Virus record (IMG/VR): IMGVR_UViG_3300035703_000010
Location: 140,652 to 204,651 of that record
Reading direction: 5' to 3' (one strand)
DNA: 64,000 nt
Positions 9,574-18,805 of the stretch are shown in pieces. The translations under genes and the position numbers were made by a program. Each line of letters starts with the position of its first letter. Position 1 is the stretch's first letter. A model generated the notes under the pieces. The model did no database searches, was not told the DNA's origin, and saw only the letters and a list, made by a program, of their open reading frames with translations.

Positions 9574-9602
9574 AAAGGGCTCCGTGTGGAGCCCTTTTTC
9601 AT
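9574..9602 (+). terminator. Intrinsic terminator after the actin-like gene
   Basis: AAAGGGCTCC-GTGT-GGAGCCCTTT followed by T residues. Confidence 0.85.
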
Positions 9603-9660
9603 TTTAGAATCTTACTGGTGCAAAATATCTTGTCTTTAGGTTACAATATGAAAATAGGTA

Positions 9661-12354
9661 ATGACTACAAAAGTTCCTTCACGATTCGTAGGCCTTCACA
9701 GCCACTCGGGGTTTAGTACCTTTGATGGACTTGATTATCCGCAAGAACACATCGATTACGTTCTAGAGAACGGTATGGATGCCTGGTCGTTGACTGACCA
9801 TGGTCACATGAACGGATTCTGCCATGCATATCTTCATGCCGAGAAGATGAAAAAATCAGGTAAGAACTTCAAGTTCATTCCTGGCTGCGAGATGTACGTC
9901 CATCCTGATCTAAAACAATGGCAGATCGATCTCGATAAGTCGAGAGAAAAACCGATCAAGGACGAATCTATCCTCACACCCCTCGCTGCGATCGTTGACG
10001 GTAACGATGAAACGACTGACATCGGTACCGATGAAGCCGCATTGACCATCGAAAACGAGGAGGAAACAAAATCAGGCAAGTACAACGACCCGATCAAACG
10101 TCGGCATCATCTCGTTGTCCTACCGAAAACATCAATTGGCCTACAAAGGTTATTCCATCTAGTTTCTCGAGGTTATTTGGAGGGCTTCTATAGGTTCCCA
10201 CGAGTTGATTATGCGATGTTGAAGGAAGCCGCAAAGGGAGGTCATCTCATGATTTCAACAGCATGCCTAGGTGGTGTGCTGAGCTATGACGTCTTCTCAA
10301 AGGTTCAACGCGTCAAGTTCGATGACCTATCACACAAACTTCTTGATGATAGGAGCTTGCTTGAGTCAACCTTGCTTGAGATGGGTAACACATATGACAA
10401 ATTGGTTAATGCTGTAGGACGAGACAATGTTTGCCTTGAGCTACAATTCAACAAACTTCCAGCCCAACATCTTGTTAACCGCGCAATTCTTGAATTTGCG
10501 AAGAAGAATTCATTGACTGATCGACTCGTTGTAACTTGCGATTCTCATTATTCTCGTCCAGACAACTGGAAAGAGCGTGAGATCTACAAGAAGCTAGGAT
10601 GGCTTAATTACCAAAACTTCGATCCGAACATGCTGCCGAAGTCGAAGGACGATCTGAAGTGCGAGTTGTATCCAAAGAACGCACCTCAGGTCTGGGATTC
10701 CTACCTGTCCACGTCTGAAGACATGTCATTCTATGATGATGATGTTGTTCGTGAAGCAATCGAGCGGACTCATGACATCGTCCACAATGAAATCGGCGAT
10801 ATCCATCCTGATAAGGAGATGAAGCTACCATCCTACGTCATCCCTGAAGGATTCACTGAAGATAAAGCATTGGTCGATGCATGTAAGAAAGGTCTCATTT
10901 GGCGAGGGCTCGATGACAAGCCTGAGTACATCGAACGTATCAAGTATGAGCTATCGATCATCAAAGGTAAGAAGTTCTCACGCTACTTCTTGACGATGAA
11001 GGCGATCATGGATTTGGCACGAGAACATATGTTGATCGGGCCAGGTCGCGGATCTGCTGCAGGTTCTCTCGTTGCTTATGTTCTTGGTGTTACTAACCTT
11101 GACCCTATTGAATACGACTTATCATTTGAACGCTTCCTTAACCCATCTCGACAAGGCGCTCCTGATATCGATTCTGACATTGGAGATCGCGATAAACTAA
11201 TCGAGCTCATGCGCGAAAACTTTGGTAATAACAATGTTATCCCAATTTCTAACTACAATACTTTTAAGTTAAAGAGCCTCATTAAAGACATCGCGCGGTT
11301 CTACAACATCCCATTTGAAGAAGTCAATGCAGCCTTAGCTCCCGTTGAAGATGACGTAAAGAAAGAGGTCTTTAAGCCAGGAGTTGATAAGAATCTTTTC
11401 GTCTTGACTTATGAAGATGCGATGAAGTATTCAAAGTCGATGCAAGACTTCGTCGCAGCGCATCCAGAGGTTGCAGAACCTATCGAGATCTTATTCAAAC
11501 AAAACCGATCTCTCGGCCGACATGCGGGTGGCGTCATCGTGTCGGAGAACGTTGCAGAGAGGATGCCTCTTATTCTTGCTCGTGGCGAACCTCAAACCCC
11601 ATGGGTCGAAGGTATGCACTATAAACACCTAGAAGAGTTCGGCTGGATCAAATTCGATCTACTAGGTCTTGAAACCCTGCGCATTATCGAACGAGCTATC
11701 TACCTGATTCTGCAACGTCGAGAAGGTGTAGCAAATCCAACATTTAAGGATGTGAAGGCTTGGTTCGACAAGCATATGGATCCTAAGAATATCGATCTCA
11801 ATGATCAAAGGGTGTATGAATACGTTTATCATGAGGGACGATTTGCTGGTGTGTTCCAGTGTACGCAACCTGGTGCTCAACGATTGTTCACTAAGGCAAA
11901 GCCTCGCAGCATCATCGACATTGCAACTTTGACATCGATCTATCGTCCTGGTCCTCTAGCGGCCAATGTCGATAAGATCTATATCGGCGCCAAGAACGAA
12001 CCTGATAAGATCGATTACCAGCACCCTTTGATCAAGAAGGTGCTTGAGTCTACATACGGATGTTTACATGGATCAACTGTTATTACAACTGATATTGGAG
12101 ATATTACGATTGAAAAAATCGTAGAAGATCAGTTAGTCGGAACAAAATTGCCATCTTTTAACGAAGAATCTTGCGAGATTGAACAAGACGAAATTGTTGC
12201 TGCAGTTTGCACTGGCGTTCAAGAGACTCTAACGATTGAACTTGAAGATGGAAAAACTATTCGTTTAACATCAGATCATAGAGTGTACACAACTAGAGGC
12301 TGGGTCGAGGCTGGAGATTTGACTGCAGAAGACGAAATTTTTGGAATTGAATAG
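9661..12354 (+). CDS. dnaE: DNA polymerase III alpha subunit, N-terminal fragment (800 aa) fused to a split intein N-part
   Basis: PHP domain LHSHS..STFDG, LTDHG; GPGRGSAAGSLVAY; catalytic PDIDSD; HAGG; KFDLLGL; extein ends at ..LESTYG. Confidence 0.97.
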   Translation: MTTKVPSRFVGLHSHSGFSTFDGLDYPQEHIDYVLENGMDAWSLTDHGHMNGFCHAYLHAEKMKKSGKNFKFIPGCEMYVHPDLKQWQIDLDKSREKPIKDESILTPLAAIVDGNDETTDIGTDEAALTIENEEETKSGKYNDPIKRRHHLVVLPKTSIGLQRLFHLVSRGYLEGFYRFPRVDYAMLKEAAKGGHLMISTACLGGVLSYDVFSKVQRVKFDDLSHKLLDDRSLLESTLLEMGNTYDKLVNAVGRDNVCLELQFNKLPAQHLVNRAILEFAKKNSLTDRLVVTCDSHYSRPDNWKEREIYKKLGWLNYQNFDPNMLPKSKDDLKCELYPKNAPQVWDSYLSTSEDMSFYDDDVVREAIERTHDIVHNEIGDIHPDKEMKLPSYVIPEGFTEDKALVDACKKGLIWRGLDDKPEYIERIKYELSIIKGKKFSRYFLTMKAIMDLAREHMLIGPGRGSAAGSLVAYVLGVTNLDPIEYDLSFERFLNPSRQGAPDIDSDIGDRDKLIELMRENFGNNNVIPISNYNTFKLKSLIKDIARFYNIPFEEVNAALAPVEDDVKKEVFKPGVDKNLFVLTYEDAMKYSKSMQDFVAAHPEVAEPIEILFKQNRSLGRHAGGVIVSENVAERMPLILARGEPQTPWVEGMHYKHLEEFGWIKFDLLGLETLRIIERAIYLILQRREGVANPTFKDVKAWFDKHMDPKNIDLNDQRVYEYVYHEGRFAGVFQCTQPGAQRLFTKAKPRSIIDIATLTSIYRPGPLAANVDKIYIGAKNEPDKIDYQHPLIKKVLESTYGCLHGSTVITTDIGDITIEKIVEDQLVGTKLPSFNEESCEIEQDEIVAAVCTGVQETLTIELEDGKTIRLTSDHRVYTTRGWVEAGDLTAEDEIFGIE
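12061..12351 (+). mobile_element. Split intein N-fragment (IntN, 97 aa)
   Basis: Begins CLHGST (block A, Cys1); block B TSDHRVYT.RGWVEAGDL; ends at a stop codon with no endonuclease domain. Confidence 0.93.
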
Positions 12355-12364
12355 ACATATGGGT

Positions 12365-12400
12365 ATATTTATCTTCCAAGAAAGAGGCTCTTGGAAGATG
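12365..12400 (+). promoter_or_regulatory. Putative late promoter (ATATTTA) plus start-codon-sequestering hairpin of the endonuclease gene
   Basis: ATATTTA 12365-12371; ATCTTCCAAGA (12371-12381) / TCTTGGAAGAT (12389-12399) perfect 11-bp stem covering the AT of ATG 12398. Confidence 0.75.
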
Positions 12401-13303
12401 AGAACTTGTGAATGTTGTGATAAAAAATTTGTTTATACAGGACCAAAAGGAAAAAATTATCCCGCAAAGACTTGCAGCGCAGAATGTTATAAGATATTAA
12501 GATCAAAAAAAATATCTCAATCAAACATCGATAGAAGGATACACGAAAAAGTAGAAAAGATTTGCGAAATTTGTGGTACGATAATCATAACAAATGATAC
12601 AGAGAACCAACGCATAACTTGCTCTAAGAAATGTCATTCTAAGAGATTATCGAAATTATACGCAGGAAGAAAAATAACTGAAGAGTGGCGACAAAATCAG
12701 AATAAGTCAAAGACTAAAGACAAAATTGTAAAGCATGGAGATTTTTCATGTGATAAATGTCAAAAACATTTTGATACCAACACTTCGCTTAGATCTCATA
12801 GATCATATTGTACTCCTGGAAATGAAGGTCATATTTGTTGCGAAATATGCAATAAGAGTTTTTCTACGCGAGGGTACAAGATCCATTTTAAGAGTCATGA
12901 TTTAATATGGAGATCGAAGACTACAAGTTCTCTTCAAAAATCTCTACTAACAAGAACGAAATGTCAGACTACCTCTAAATCAGAGTTAGAATTTTTTGAA
13001 AAATTAAAGTCTTTGTTGGGTGATGATGTTGTACACAAGTTTAAAATTGAAGGAATTACTCATGAATATGATTTTTTTGTTCCTTCAAAAAATGTTATCA
13101 TAGAGTTTGATGGTGATTATTGGCATGGCAATAAGAAGCTATACGAGTTATCTTCTAGAATGAAACGTCAATATCAGATTGATAAAGTGTGGAATGAAAA
13201 AGCAATAGCTGCTGGGTATAGAATAATAAGAGTTTGGGCATCAGAGTCAAAAGATTTTAAGTTGGAAAATTATGTTAACACCCTTGAAAATAAAGTCGAT
13301 TAA
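12398..13303 (+). CDS. Free-standing homing endonuclease: zinc fingers plus a Vsr/DUF559-like nuclease domain
   Basis: CxxC..TCS..C twice, CxxC..H..C and CxxC..H..H fingers, then SKSELEF..YDF..IIEFDGDYWH..G.RIIRVW; sits between the two intein halves; ATG 12398 preferred over 12341. Confidence 0.85.
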   Translation: MRTCECCDKKFVYTGPKGKNYPAKTCSAECYKILRSKKISQSNIDRRIHEKVEKICEICGTIIITNDTENQRITCSKKCHSKRLSKLYAGRKITEEWRQNQNKSKTKDKIVKHGDFSCDKCQKHFDTNTSLRSHRSYCTPGNEGHICCEICNKSFSTRGYKIHFKSHDLIWRSKTTSSLQKSLLTRTKCQTTSKSELEFFEKLKSLLGDDVVHKFKIEGITHEYDFFVPSKNVIIEFDGDYWHGNKKLYELSSRMKRQYQIDKVWNEKAIAAGYRIIRVWASESKDFKLENYVNTLENKVD

Positions 13304-13385
13304 ACGTGACGTACCTGCAAAAGTTTATGATATTCAAACCAAGAAAAATCATAACTTCATTGCAAATGGCTTCTTAGTTCATAAT
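13272..13385 (+). mobile_element. Split intein C-fragment (IntC, 38 aa)
   Basis: MLTPLKIKSIK..VYDIQT..NHNFIANGFLVHN followed by Cys+1 (TGC 13386-13388). Confidence 0.93.
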
Positions 13386-14555
13386 TGCATAATTTTTCAA
13401 GAGCAAACTATGAAGTTATGTTCTGTCGTTGCTGGGTTCCCGGAGGCTGAAACTGACACGATTCGTAGAAACATCATGAAGCGTTCTGCGTCTAAAAAGG
13501 ATGCAGCTGCTGCAGACGCGAAGAAGGCAAAAGAAGACTTCGTCGCCGGAGCGATGAAGAACGGTGTGCCTGAAAAGGTGGCTGATGAACTATACGAGAA
13601 GATTCTCTTCTTCTCTGGCTACGGCTTTAACGCTTCTCACGCAGTGTCTTACGCAATTGATTCATATTACTGTGCCTGGCTTCTCACCTACTTTGAGGAG
13701 GAATGGCTATGCGCTTACCTCGAGTCGATGTCAGGAAATGATGAAAAGCGTGCTAAGGCATTCTCTGAAGTCAAGGCATTAGGTTACAAGATCGTCAACA
13801 TCGACATCAACTATGCAACGAAGAGCTGGACGATCCTGGATGGTAAACGATTCATGCCTAGCTTCCTTTCATGTAAGGGTGTAGGGGAATCCGCAGTAGA
13901 AGAAATCATGGAAAATCGTCCGTATAAATCAGTGGAAGATATGTTATGGAATGAGGATGGGTCATGGAGGCATTCCAAGTTCAATAAACGTGCCTTGGAG
14001 GCCCTCATTGCAATTAAGGCATTTGATTCTCTTGATTGTATCGGTCATGATAGGACTTTCACCGGATACAAACACATGAGTGAGATCTTGATCAACAGAA
14101 ACGGCGATATCAAGAAACATACAAAGAAGAATCCGACTGCAGGAATCGAAGCATTCCGTGAAGCTTTGATCGATACGAAGAACATGGATGAATGGTCCAG
14201 ATCAGAATTGGTAGATAACAGCATAAAGTATCTCGGTTCATTCAACGCTGCGATGCTGATGCCAGAAGAGATCTTACAAAAGCTTGAGAGCAGAGGAGTC
14301 AAGTCTGTTGATGATTTATCTGAAAGCGACATCTATTGGTTTATCGTTTCTGATACAAAGCCTAAGAAAACGAAGACAGGAAAAAACTATTTGTTGTTAA
14401 CGATTACTGGGCTTGGAGGACAAAACCATAGGTTGTTCTGTTGGGGATGGAATGGCGAAACAGAAATTCCCAAGTACAGCGTTTGCCTTTCAGAAATCAC
14501 CGTAGATGGCTACGGTAATAAAACTTTCATGAGTAAGATTAAAGTCCTTGATTGA
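13272..14555 (+). CDS. dnaE: IntC fused to the DNA polymerase III alpha C-terminal fragment
   Basis: After the intein: CIIFQEQ, FSGYGFNASHAVSYA, helix-hairpin-helix KGVGESA, C-terminal OB-fold-like region. Confidence 0.95.
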   Translation: MLTPLKIKSIKRDVPAKVYDIQTKKNHNFIANGFLVHNCIIFQEQTMKLCSVVAGFPEAETDTIRRNIMKRSASKKDAAAADAKKAKEDFVAGAMKNGVPEKVADELYEKILFFSGYGFNASHAVSYAIDSYYCAWLLTYFEEEWLCAYLESMSGNDEKRAKAFSEVKALGYKIVNIDINYATKSWTILDGKRFMPSFLSCKGVGESAVEEIMENRPYKSVEDMLWNEDGSWRHSKFNKRALEALIAIKAFDSLDCIGHDRTFTGYKHMSEILINRNGDIKKHTKKNPTAGIEAFREALIDTKNMDEWSRSELVDNSIKYLGSFNAAMLMPEEILQKLESRGVKSVDDLSESDIYWFIVSDTKPKKTKTGKNYLLLTITGLGGQNHRLFCWGWNGETEIPKYSVCLSEITVDGYGNKTFMSKIKVLD

Positions 14556-14566
14556 AGAGGTATAAT

Positions 14567-15088
14567 ATGGGAATGGTTATTTTATTTGACGGGCCTGACA
14601 AGGTCGGTAAAACTGAAATGGTCAAAGAACTTTCTAAAAGGCTAAACGTTCCTTCGTTTAAGAATGAATCTGAATGGAAAGCTTTTTCTGATGATCCTGA
14701 TTATTTCGTTAACGCTTTAAGATACGGTGATCCATACTTTTATAATTTTCTAAAATCTACAGGGACATCAGTCATTCTAGATAGATCATATCCTTCAGAA
14801 TGGGTGTACTCTAAAGTTTACGGAAGAAAGACTGATCAAGAAGCGTTGAGGCATATCGACTCTTTGGCTGCATCGTTTGGAGTAAAGATTATTGTTCCAT
14901 ATCGTACTTCTTACGATGGATTGCATGATGATATGCATGACATAGATTCTGAACAAATGAAAAAGATTTCAGACGTTTATATCGAGTTTATTGAATGGAC
15001 GAAGTGTAATGTCCTACGTCTGTGTGTAGATTCAGAAGACCTTGATTGGGAAATGAAAACCATTCTAAAATTTATTGGGAAAAATTGA
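14567..15088 (+). CDS. Deoxynucleoside monophosphate (thymidylate-like) kinase
   Basis: P-loop FDGPDKVGKT and ILDRS..SEWVY. Confidence 0.85.
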   Translation: MGMVILFDGPDKVGKTEMVKELSKRLNVPSFKNESEWKAFSDDPDYFVNALRYGDPYFYNFLKSTGTSVILDRSYPSEWVYSKVYGRKTDQEALRHIDSLAASFGVKIIVPYRTSYDGLHDDMHDIDSEQMKKISDVYIEFIEWTKCNVLRLCVDSEDLDWEMKTILKFIGKN

Positions 15089-15092
15089 TATT

Positions 15093-16118
15093 ATGAAACT
15101 AGGAATCAGTTATTGGGGATTTTGTGAGCCATTTGAAGCATCTAAAGAGGCAAAGACTCCTGATGGTCATCGTTACGGTCGGCCTATCATGGTAGATGCC
15201 TTACTTAATCAAGGGCATGAAGTGTATGCGCTGCAGGAAAGAAGAGAATCTACTCCATATCCTGGAATCACATATGACATGGGATTTCCTGATATTGACG
15301 TTCTATTTGTAGAATGGCGTTGGAAGACATACAAGAATTCTGGACCAAACAAGTTTGAAAAAGATTTGGACAGACAGTTTGAACTATTGACTCATTATCA
15401 TGGAAAGATTCCTGTCGTTATTTGGGATTGTGATTATAAAGTCACACACTTAGATGAAATGATGTGGCCTGAAGCGATTATCGCAGATCCAGCTTTTGAG
15501 CCCAGGTATCTTACAAGAAAACGAGAAAGAATAATGTTCTGGACGGATTGGAAAAAGCTTCTTCCAGCTGTTTCTACATCATTTGAATATGGGTATGTAG
15601 GAAATAACTATGAGCGTCCTCAAGCTTTTGAAAAGTATTATTCTTTTCCGTCGTCGACTCTTCGCAATTATGGAATTCAAACGACAGTTCATGGAAATTG
15701 GTTGGAAGTTTCACCAGAAAGAGAATCTCCGAAAGTATTGATTTCTTCTCACCCTAGTATTTCATTTGCTCAAAGATTGAATTTCTATGAATCGATGAAG
15801 AGATTAAACTCATTTATTTGTACGACACATATTACAAAACCAGAATATGCTCAAAGAGGTTTTGCTTCTCCTAGATATGTTGAGAATATCGTTTCGAACG
15901 TGCCAGCTTTGGTTCCAAAAGAATTTTTGAAGTCGAATCTATTAGGGAAAGACTGGGCAGTTGAAGGTGGAGATTCTGTCATTGAAAAAGTCAAATTAAT
16001 TTTTTCAATGAATTTAGAAGAAAGAAATTCGTTAATTTTAGAACAGGAAAATAATTTAAAATCTAGCGGTGTATTTTCAGTAAGTAATGTTGTAGATTTT
16101 CTTGAGTCGGTTAAGTGA
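15093..16118 (+). CDS. GT-B glycosyltransferase, candidate DNA base glycosyltransferase
   Basis: MKLGISYWGF..TPDG, GFPDIDVLFVEWRW, YVGNNYER, SPRYVE; resembles, from memory, GTs neighbouring modified-base thymidylate synthase homologues; located between the kinase and an epimerase. Confidence 0.65.
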   Translation: MKLGISYWGFCEPFEASKEAKTPDGHRYGRPIMVDALLNQGHEVYALQERRESTPYPGITYDMGFPDIDVLFVEWRWKTYKNSGPNKFEKDLDRQFELLTHYHGKIPVVIWDCDYKVTHLDEMMWPEAIIADPAFEPRYLTRKRERIMFWTDWKKLLPAVSTSFEYGYVGNNYERPQAFEKYYSFPSSTLRNYGIQTTVHGNWLEVSPERESPKVLISSHPSISFAQRLNFYESMKRLNSFICTTHITKPEYAQRGFASPRYVENIVSNVPALVPKEFLKSNLLGKDWAVEGGDSVIEKVKLIFSMNLEERNSLILEQENNLKSSGVFSVSNVVDFLESVK

Positions 16119-16125
16119 GGAAAAA

Positions 16126-17121
16126 ATGAAAGTATTAATTACAGGTATTGCTGGTCTTCTTGGTGCAAACTTTTCTCGTTATTTGCTTGATAAAGGCTAT
16201 AAAGTAGTTGGAATCGATGATTTAAGCGGCGGGTATGAAGATTCAGTACCAAAGGATGCTACTTTTTATAAGCTTGACTTGACCGACCAAAAGAAGGTTG
16301 ACGAGATTTTTAACGCAGAAAAGCCTGATTACGTTTTTCATTTTGCAGCATATGCAGCTGAAGGTCTTAGTCCATTCATAAGAAATTACAATTACACAAA
16401 TAATGTATTAGCTTCAACCAATGTAATCAACGCTTGCGTAAATCATGATGTAAAGAAAATCATCTTTACGTCGTCAATGGCTGTTTATGGAGTAGGAAAT
16501 CCTCCATTTACCGAAGAGCAACTACCAACGCCTGAAGATCCATATGGTATTGCAAAATATGCAGTTGAAATGGATCTGAAGTTGGCTCATGAAATGTTTG
16601 GTCTTCGATACAGCATTGTTCGACCGCACAATGTAGTTGGAATCTACCAGAACATTTGGGATCGTTATCGCAACGTAATTGGAATTTGGATTCGAAAAGC
16701 AATGAATGGCGAACCACTTTCGATTTTTGGAGATGGTACACAAGTTCGAGCATTTTCAGACATTAAGTTTTATTTGGAACCATTTGAAAAATTAATGGAT
16801 TCTTACGATGGAGAAATCTTCAACATCGGTGCTGACAAACATTACACAATTAATGAAGCTGCAGACACAGTAATCGGCGTTGCAAAAGAGCTAGGAATTA
16901 ACGCAACTAAAGTTCATCTAGAAAAGAGGAATGAAGTTCATACAGCATATTGTGATCATACTAAGGCTCATAAGCTCTTGTCTTTTGAGGACAAAACAGA
17001 TTTGCGAGAAACCGTTATGAAGATGTTTAAGTGGGCCATGGAACAGCCAAATCGTCCTACAAAGAGCATGAACTATGAAATTGAAAAGAACATGTATTCT
17101 TTTTGGAAGAACACAAAATGA
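16126..17121 (+). CDS. NAD-dependent NDP-sugar epimerase/dehydratase (extended SDR) 1
   Basis: GIAGLLG, FTSSMAVYG, YGIAK, RPHNVVG; SD GAGGA. Confidence 0.93.
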   Translation: MKVLITGIAGLLGANFSRYLLDKGYKVVGIDDLSGGYEDSVPKDATFYKLDLTDQKKVDEIFNAEKPDYVFHFAAYAAEGLSPFIRNYNYTNNVLASTNVINACVNHDVKKIIFTSSMAVYGVGNPPFTEEQLPTPEDPYGIAKYAVEMDLKLAHEMFGLRYSIVRPHNVVGIYQNIWDRYRNVIGIWIRKAMNGEPLSIFGDGTQVRAFSDIKFYLEPFEKLMDSYDGEIFNIGADKHYTINEAADTVIGVAKELGINATKVHLEKRNEVHTAYCDHTKAHKLLSFEDKTDLRETVMKMFKWAMEQPNRPTKSMNYEIEKNMYSFWKNTK

Positions 17122-17897
17122 TCACGAATTTATCTTTTCCTGAAAATTTAAAAGATAGAGAGAAATTTATTTTTGATCAAGTTTTGTTAGGAAACTTTGA
17201 TGCTTCATGGGTTCCTTTAACCTATGATATTTCTGGTAAAAAAGTTATTTTGAACGTTATGTCAGACGCGCTAAAAGTTGGAGGAATTAGAGTAAACGTC
17301 TCTGCGTTCCTCCAACAACAGCTAGCAGATGTTTTTGATGCTTCTTTGTTAACTGCGTTAGTTGCAGATTTGATGTACGTTCACGCGTCGAATATCCTAA
17401 ATCCAGTTCCACAACCGATATCATCAACAGTGTCTTCTATGATATCTCATGATGATAAAGTGACTAAACAATTGAAGTCTTATAATGGCGGAATAGTTTC
17501 TACAGTGGGAAAACATTGGATTTTAGATAAAAAAATAGATCAGCAACCTAGTAAAGCTTGCAATTATGGATGGCATTTTACAGGATCTAATTTTCAAGGA
17601 ATTAATGGATTTCCTTCTACAACATTACAAAAAACGTTAGATGGTAAACCAATCAAAGTGATTCAGCCGAATGCTACTGCTCATGATGCAAAGCATTCTG
17701 ATTATTCACAAATTTGTCAATTGGTTTCTCAACAATGTTGGATTAATGGAGTAGAACATAGATTTTCTGATCTATTGCAAGATTCTTCATTGTGTAATTT
17801 GGTCAACCACAATGGTACATTAAAAAATACTAGACAACCTGGAGTTCAAAAGATTTCTGGCCAAGTTGTGTTATTTCCAACAACAATTTCACCTTGA
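17118..17897 (+). CDS. Conserved hypothetical protein (..YGWH..IQP..H..H.DYSQ family)
   Basis: SDALKVG..RV, NYGWH, IQP.ATAHD..HSDYSQ; function unknown. Confidence 0.5.
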   Translation: MITNLSFPENLKDREKFIFDQVLLGNFDASWVPLTYDISGKKVILNVMSDALKVGGIRVNVSAFLQQQLADVFDASLLTALVADLMYVHASNILNPVPQPISSTVSSMISHDDKVTKQLKSYNGGIVSTVGKHWILDKKIDQQPSKACNYGWHFTGSNFQGINGFPSTTLQKTLDGKPIKVIQPNATAHDAKHSDYSQICQLVSQQCWINGVEHRFSDLLQDSSLCNLVNHNGTLKNTRQPGVQKISGQVVLFPTTISP

Positions 17898-17904
17898 GGA
17901 TATT

Positions 17905-18102
17905 ATGCCAACTTATGAATATCAATGCGAATCTTGTTCATTTTTTATGGAAAAAGTTCAATCAATAAAGGATGATCCTCTATCTGATTGTCCTCATTGT
18001 AATAAAAACTGCTTAAAACGCTTGATTTCAGTAGGAGGAGGATTTACTTTAAAGGGTGGAGGTTGGTACAAGGATCTTTATTCTTCTACTCCTTCGAAGT
18101 AG
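17905..18102 (+). CDS. FmdB-family zinc ribbon protein
   Basis: MPTYEYQCESC..CPHC..LKRLIS..F.LKGGGWY; SD GAGG. Confidence 0.88.
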   Translation: MPTYEYQCESCSFFMEKVQSIKDDPLSDCPHCNKNCLKRLISVGGGFTLKGGGWYKDLYSSTPSK

Positions 18103-18805
18103 ATCCCAACTTTTTTACGATGTTTCTGCTTGTTCTAGCAGCAGGATGAGATGGTTTAATTAAATTATGTTCGTCTTCATCAATTTTTGACTCAAATTTA
18201 GGTTTGATTTCTCCTGTCTCACAATTCAATATTATGTTGTATCCACCTTTTCCAAGCTTTAAAGGCTCAGTTAATGTGGATAGATAATCATATCTTCCTG
18301 CATTTATCATTTCTTTGTCAAACCATTGTTCTAGAACGAAATTAGAAACGCTGACATTAGTACCATTGACATTAATTTCATATGAATTGCTTTCAACAGG
18401 ATCACATAATTCAACAGCTACAAATGTTTCGTCTCCTCTATGCGACCATAAATTGATATAAGGATTATAAAAAGTTTCAAGTATTTCATGAGAAAGAACT
18501 ACGGAGACGGATTTTGATCCAGATAATACCGTTCCTCCATTGTCTAAAACAGGATTAACAAAAACTCTACCCCAAACTTTTCCATCTGGGTCTTGTGTGT
18601 GGTATCCTAATGCGCTAGCATGATCTGAATCATCCATTATCACCATTGGAAATCCATCGTTGCCTTCTATTTTTATTTCCCATGGTAGTCTTCCTAAAAT
18701 AGGACATGCATGATCTCTAAGTTGAATTCTGCACGCCTCGACCATAAGTTCGACATCTTGAGGAGATATTCTGTTTGATTTGTTTATGACGTTGAAAGTT
18801 TTCAT
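18086..18805 (-). CDS. Putative zinc metallopeptidase-like protein
   Basis: ALGYH, LSHEILE, ELCDPVE, VSVSNFV. Confidence 0.55.
   Translation of the reverse strand: MKTFNVINKSNRISPQDVELMVEACRIQLRDHACPILGRLPWEIKIEGNDGFPMVIMDDSDHASALGYHTQDPDGKVWGRVFVNPVLDNGGTVLSGSKSVSVVLSHEILETFYNPYINLWSHRGDETFVAVELCDPVESNSYEINVNGTNVSVSNFVLEQWFDKEMINAGRYDYLSTLTEPLKLGKGGYNIILNCETGEIKPKFESKIDEDEHNLIKPSHPAARTSRNIVKKLGSTSKE

Noticed and set aside
12352-13271. Group I intron interrupting dnaE
   Set aside because: The flanks encode canonical IntN and IntC, each with its own stop or start, which explains the break at protein level; I recognised no intron core elements (not formally excluded without RT-PCR)
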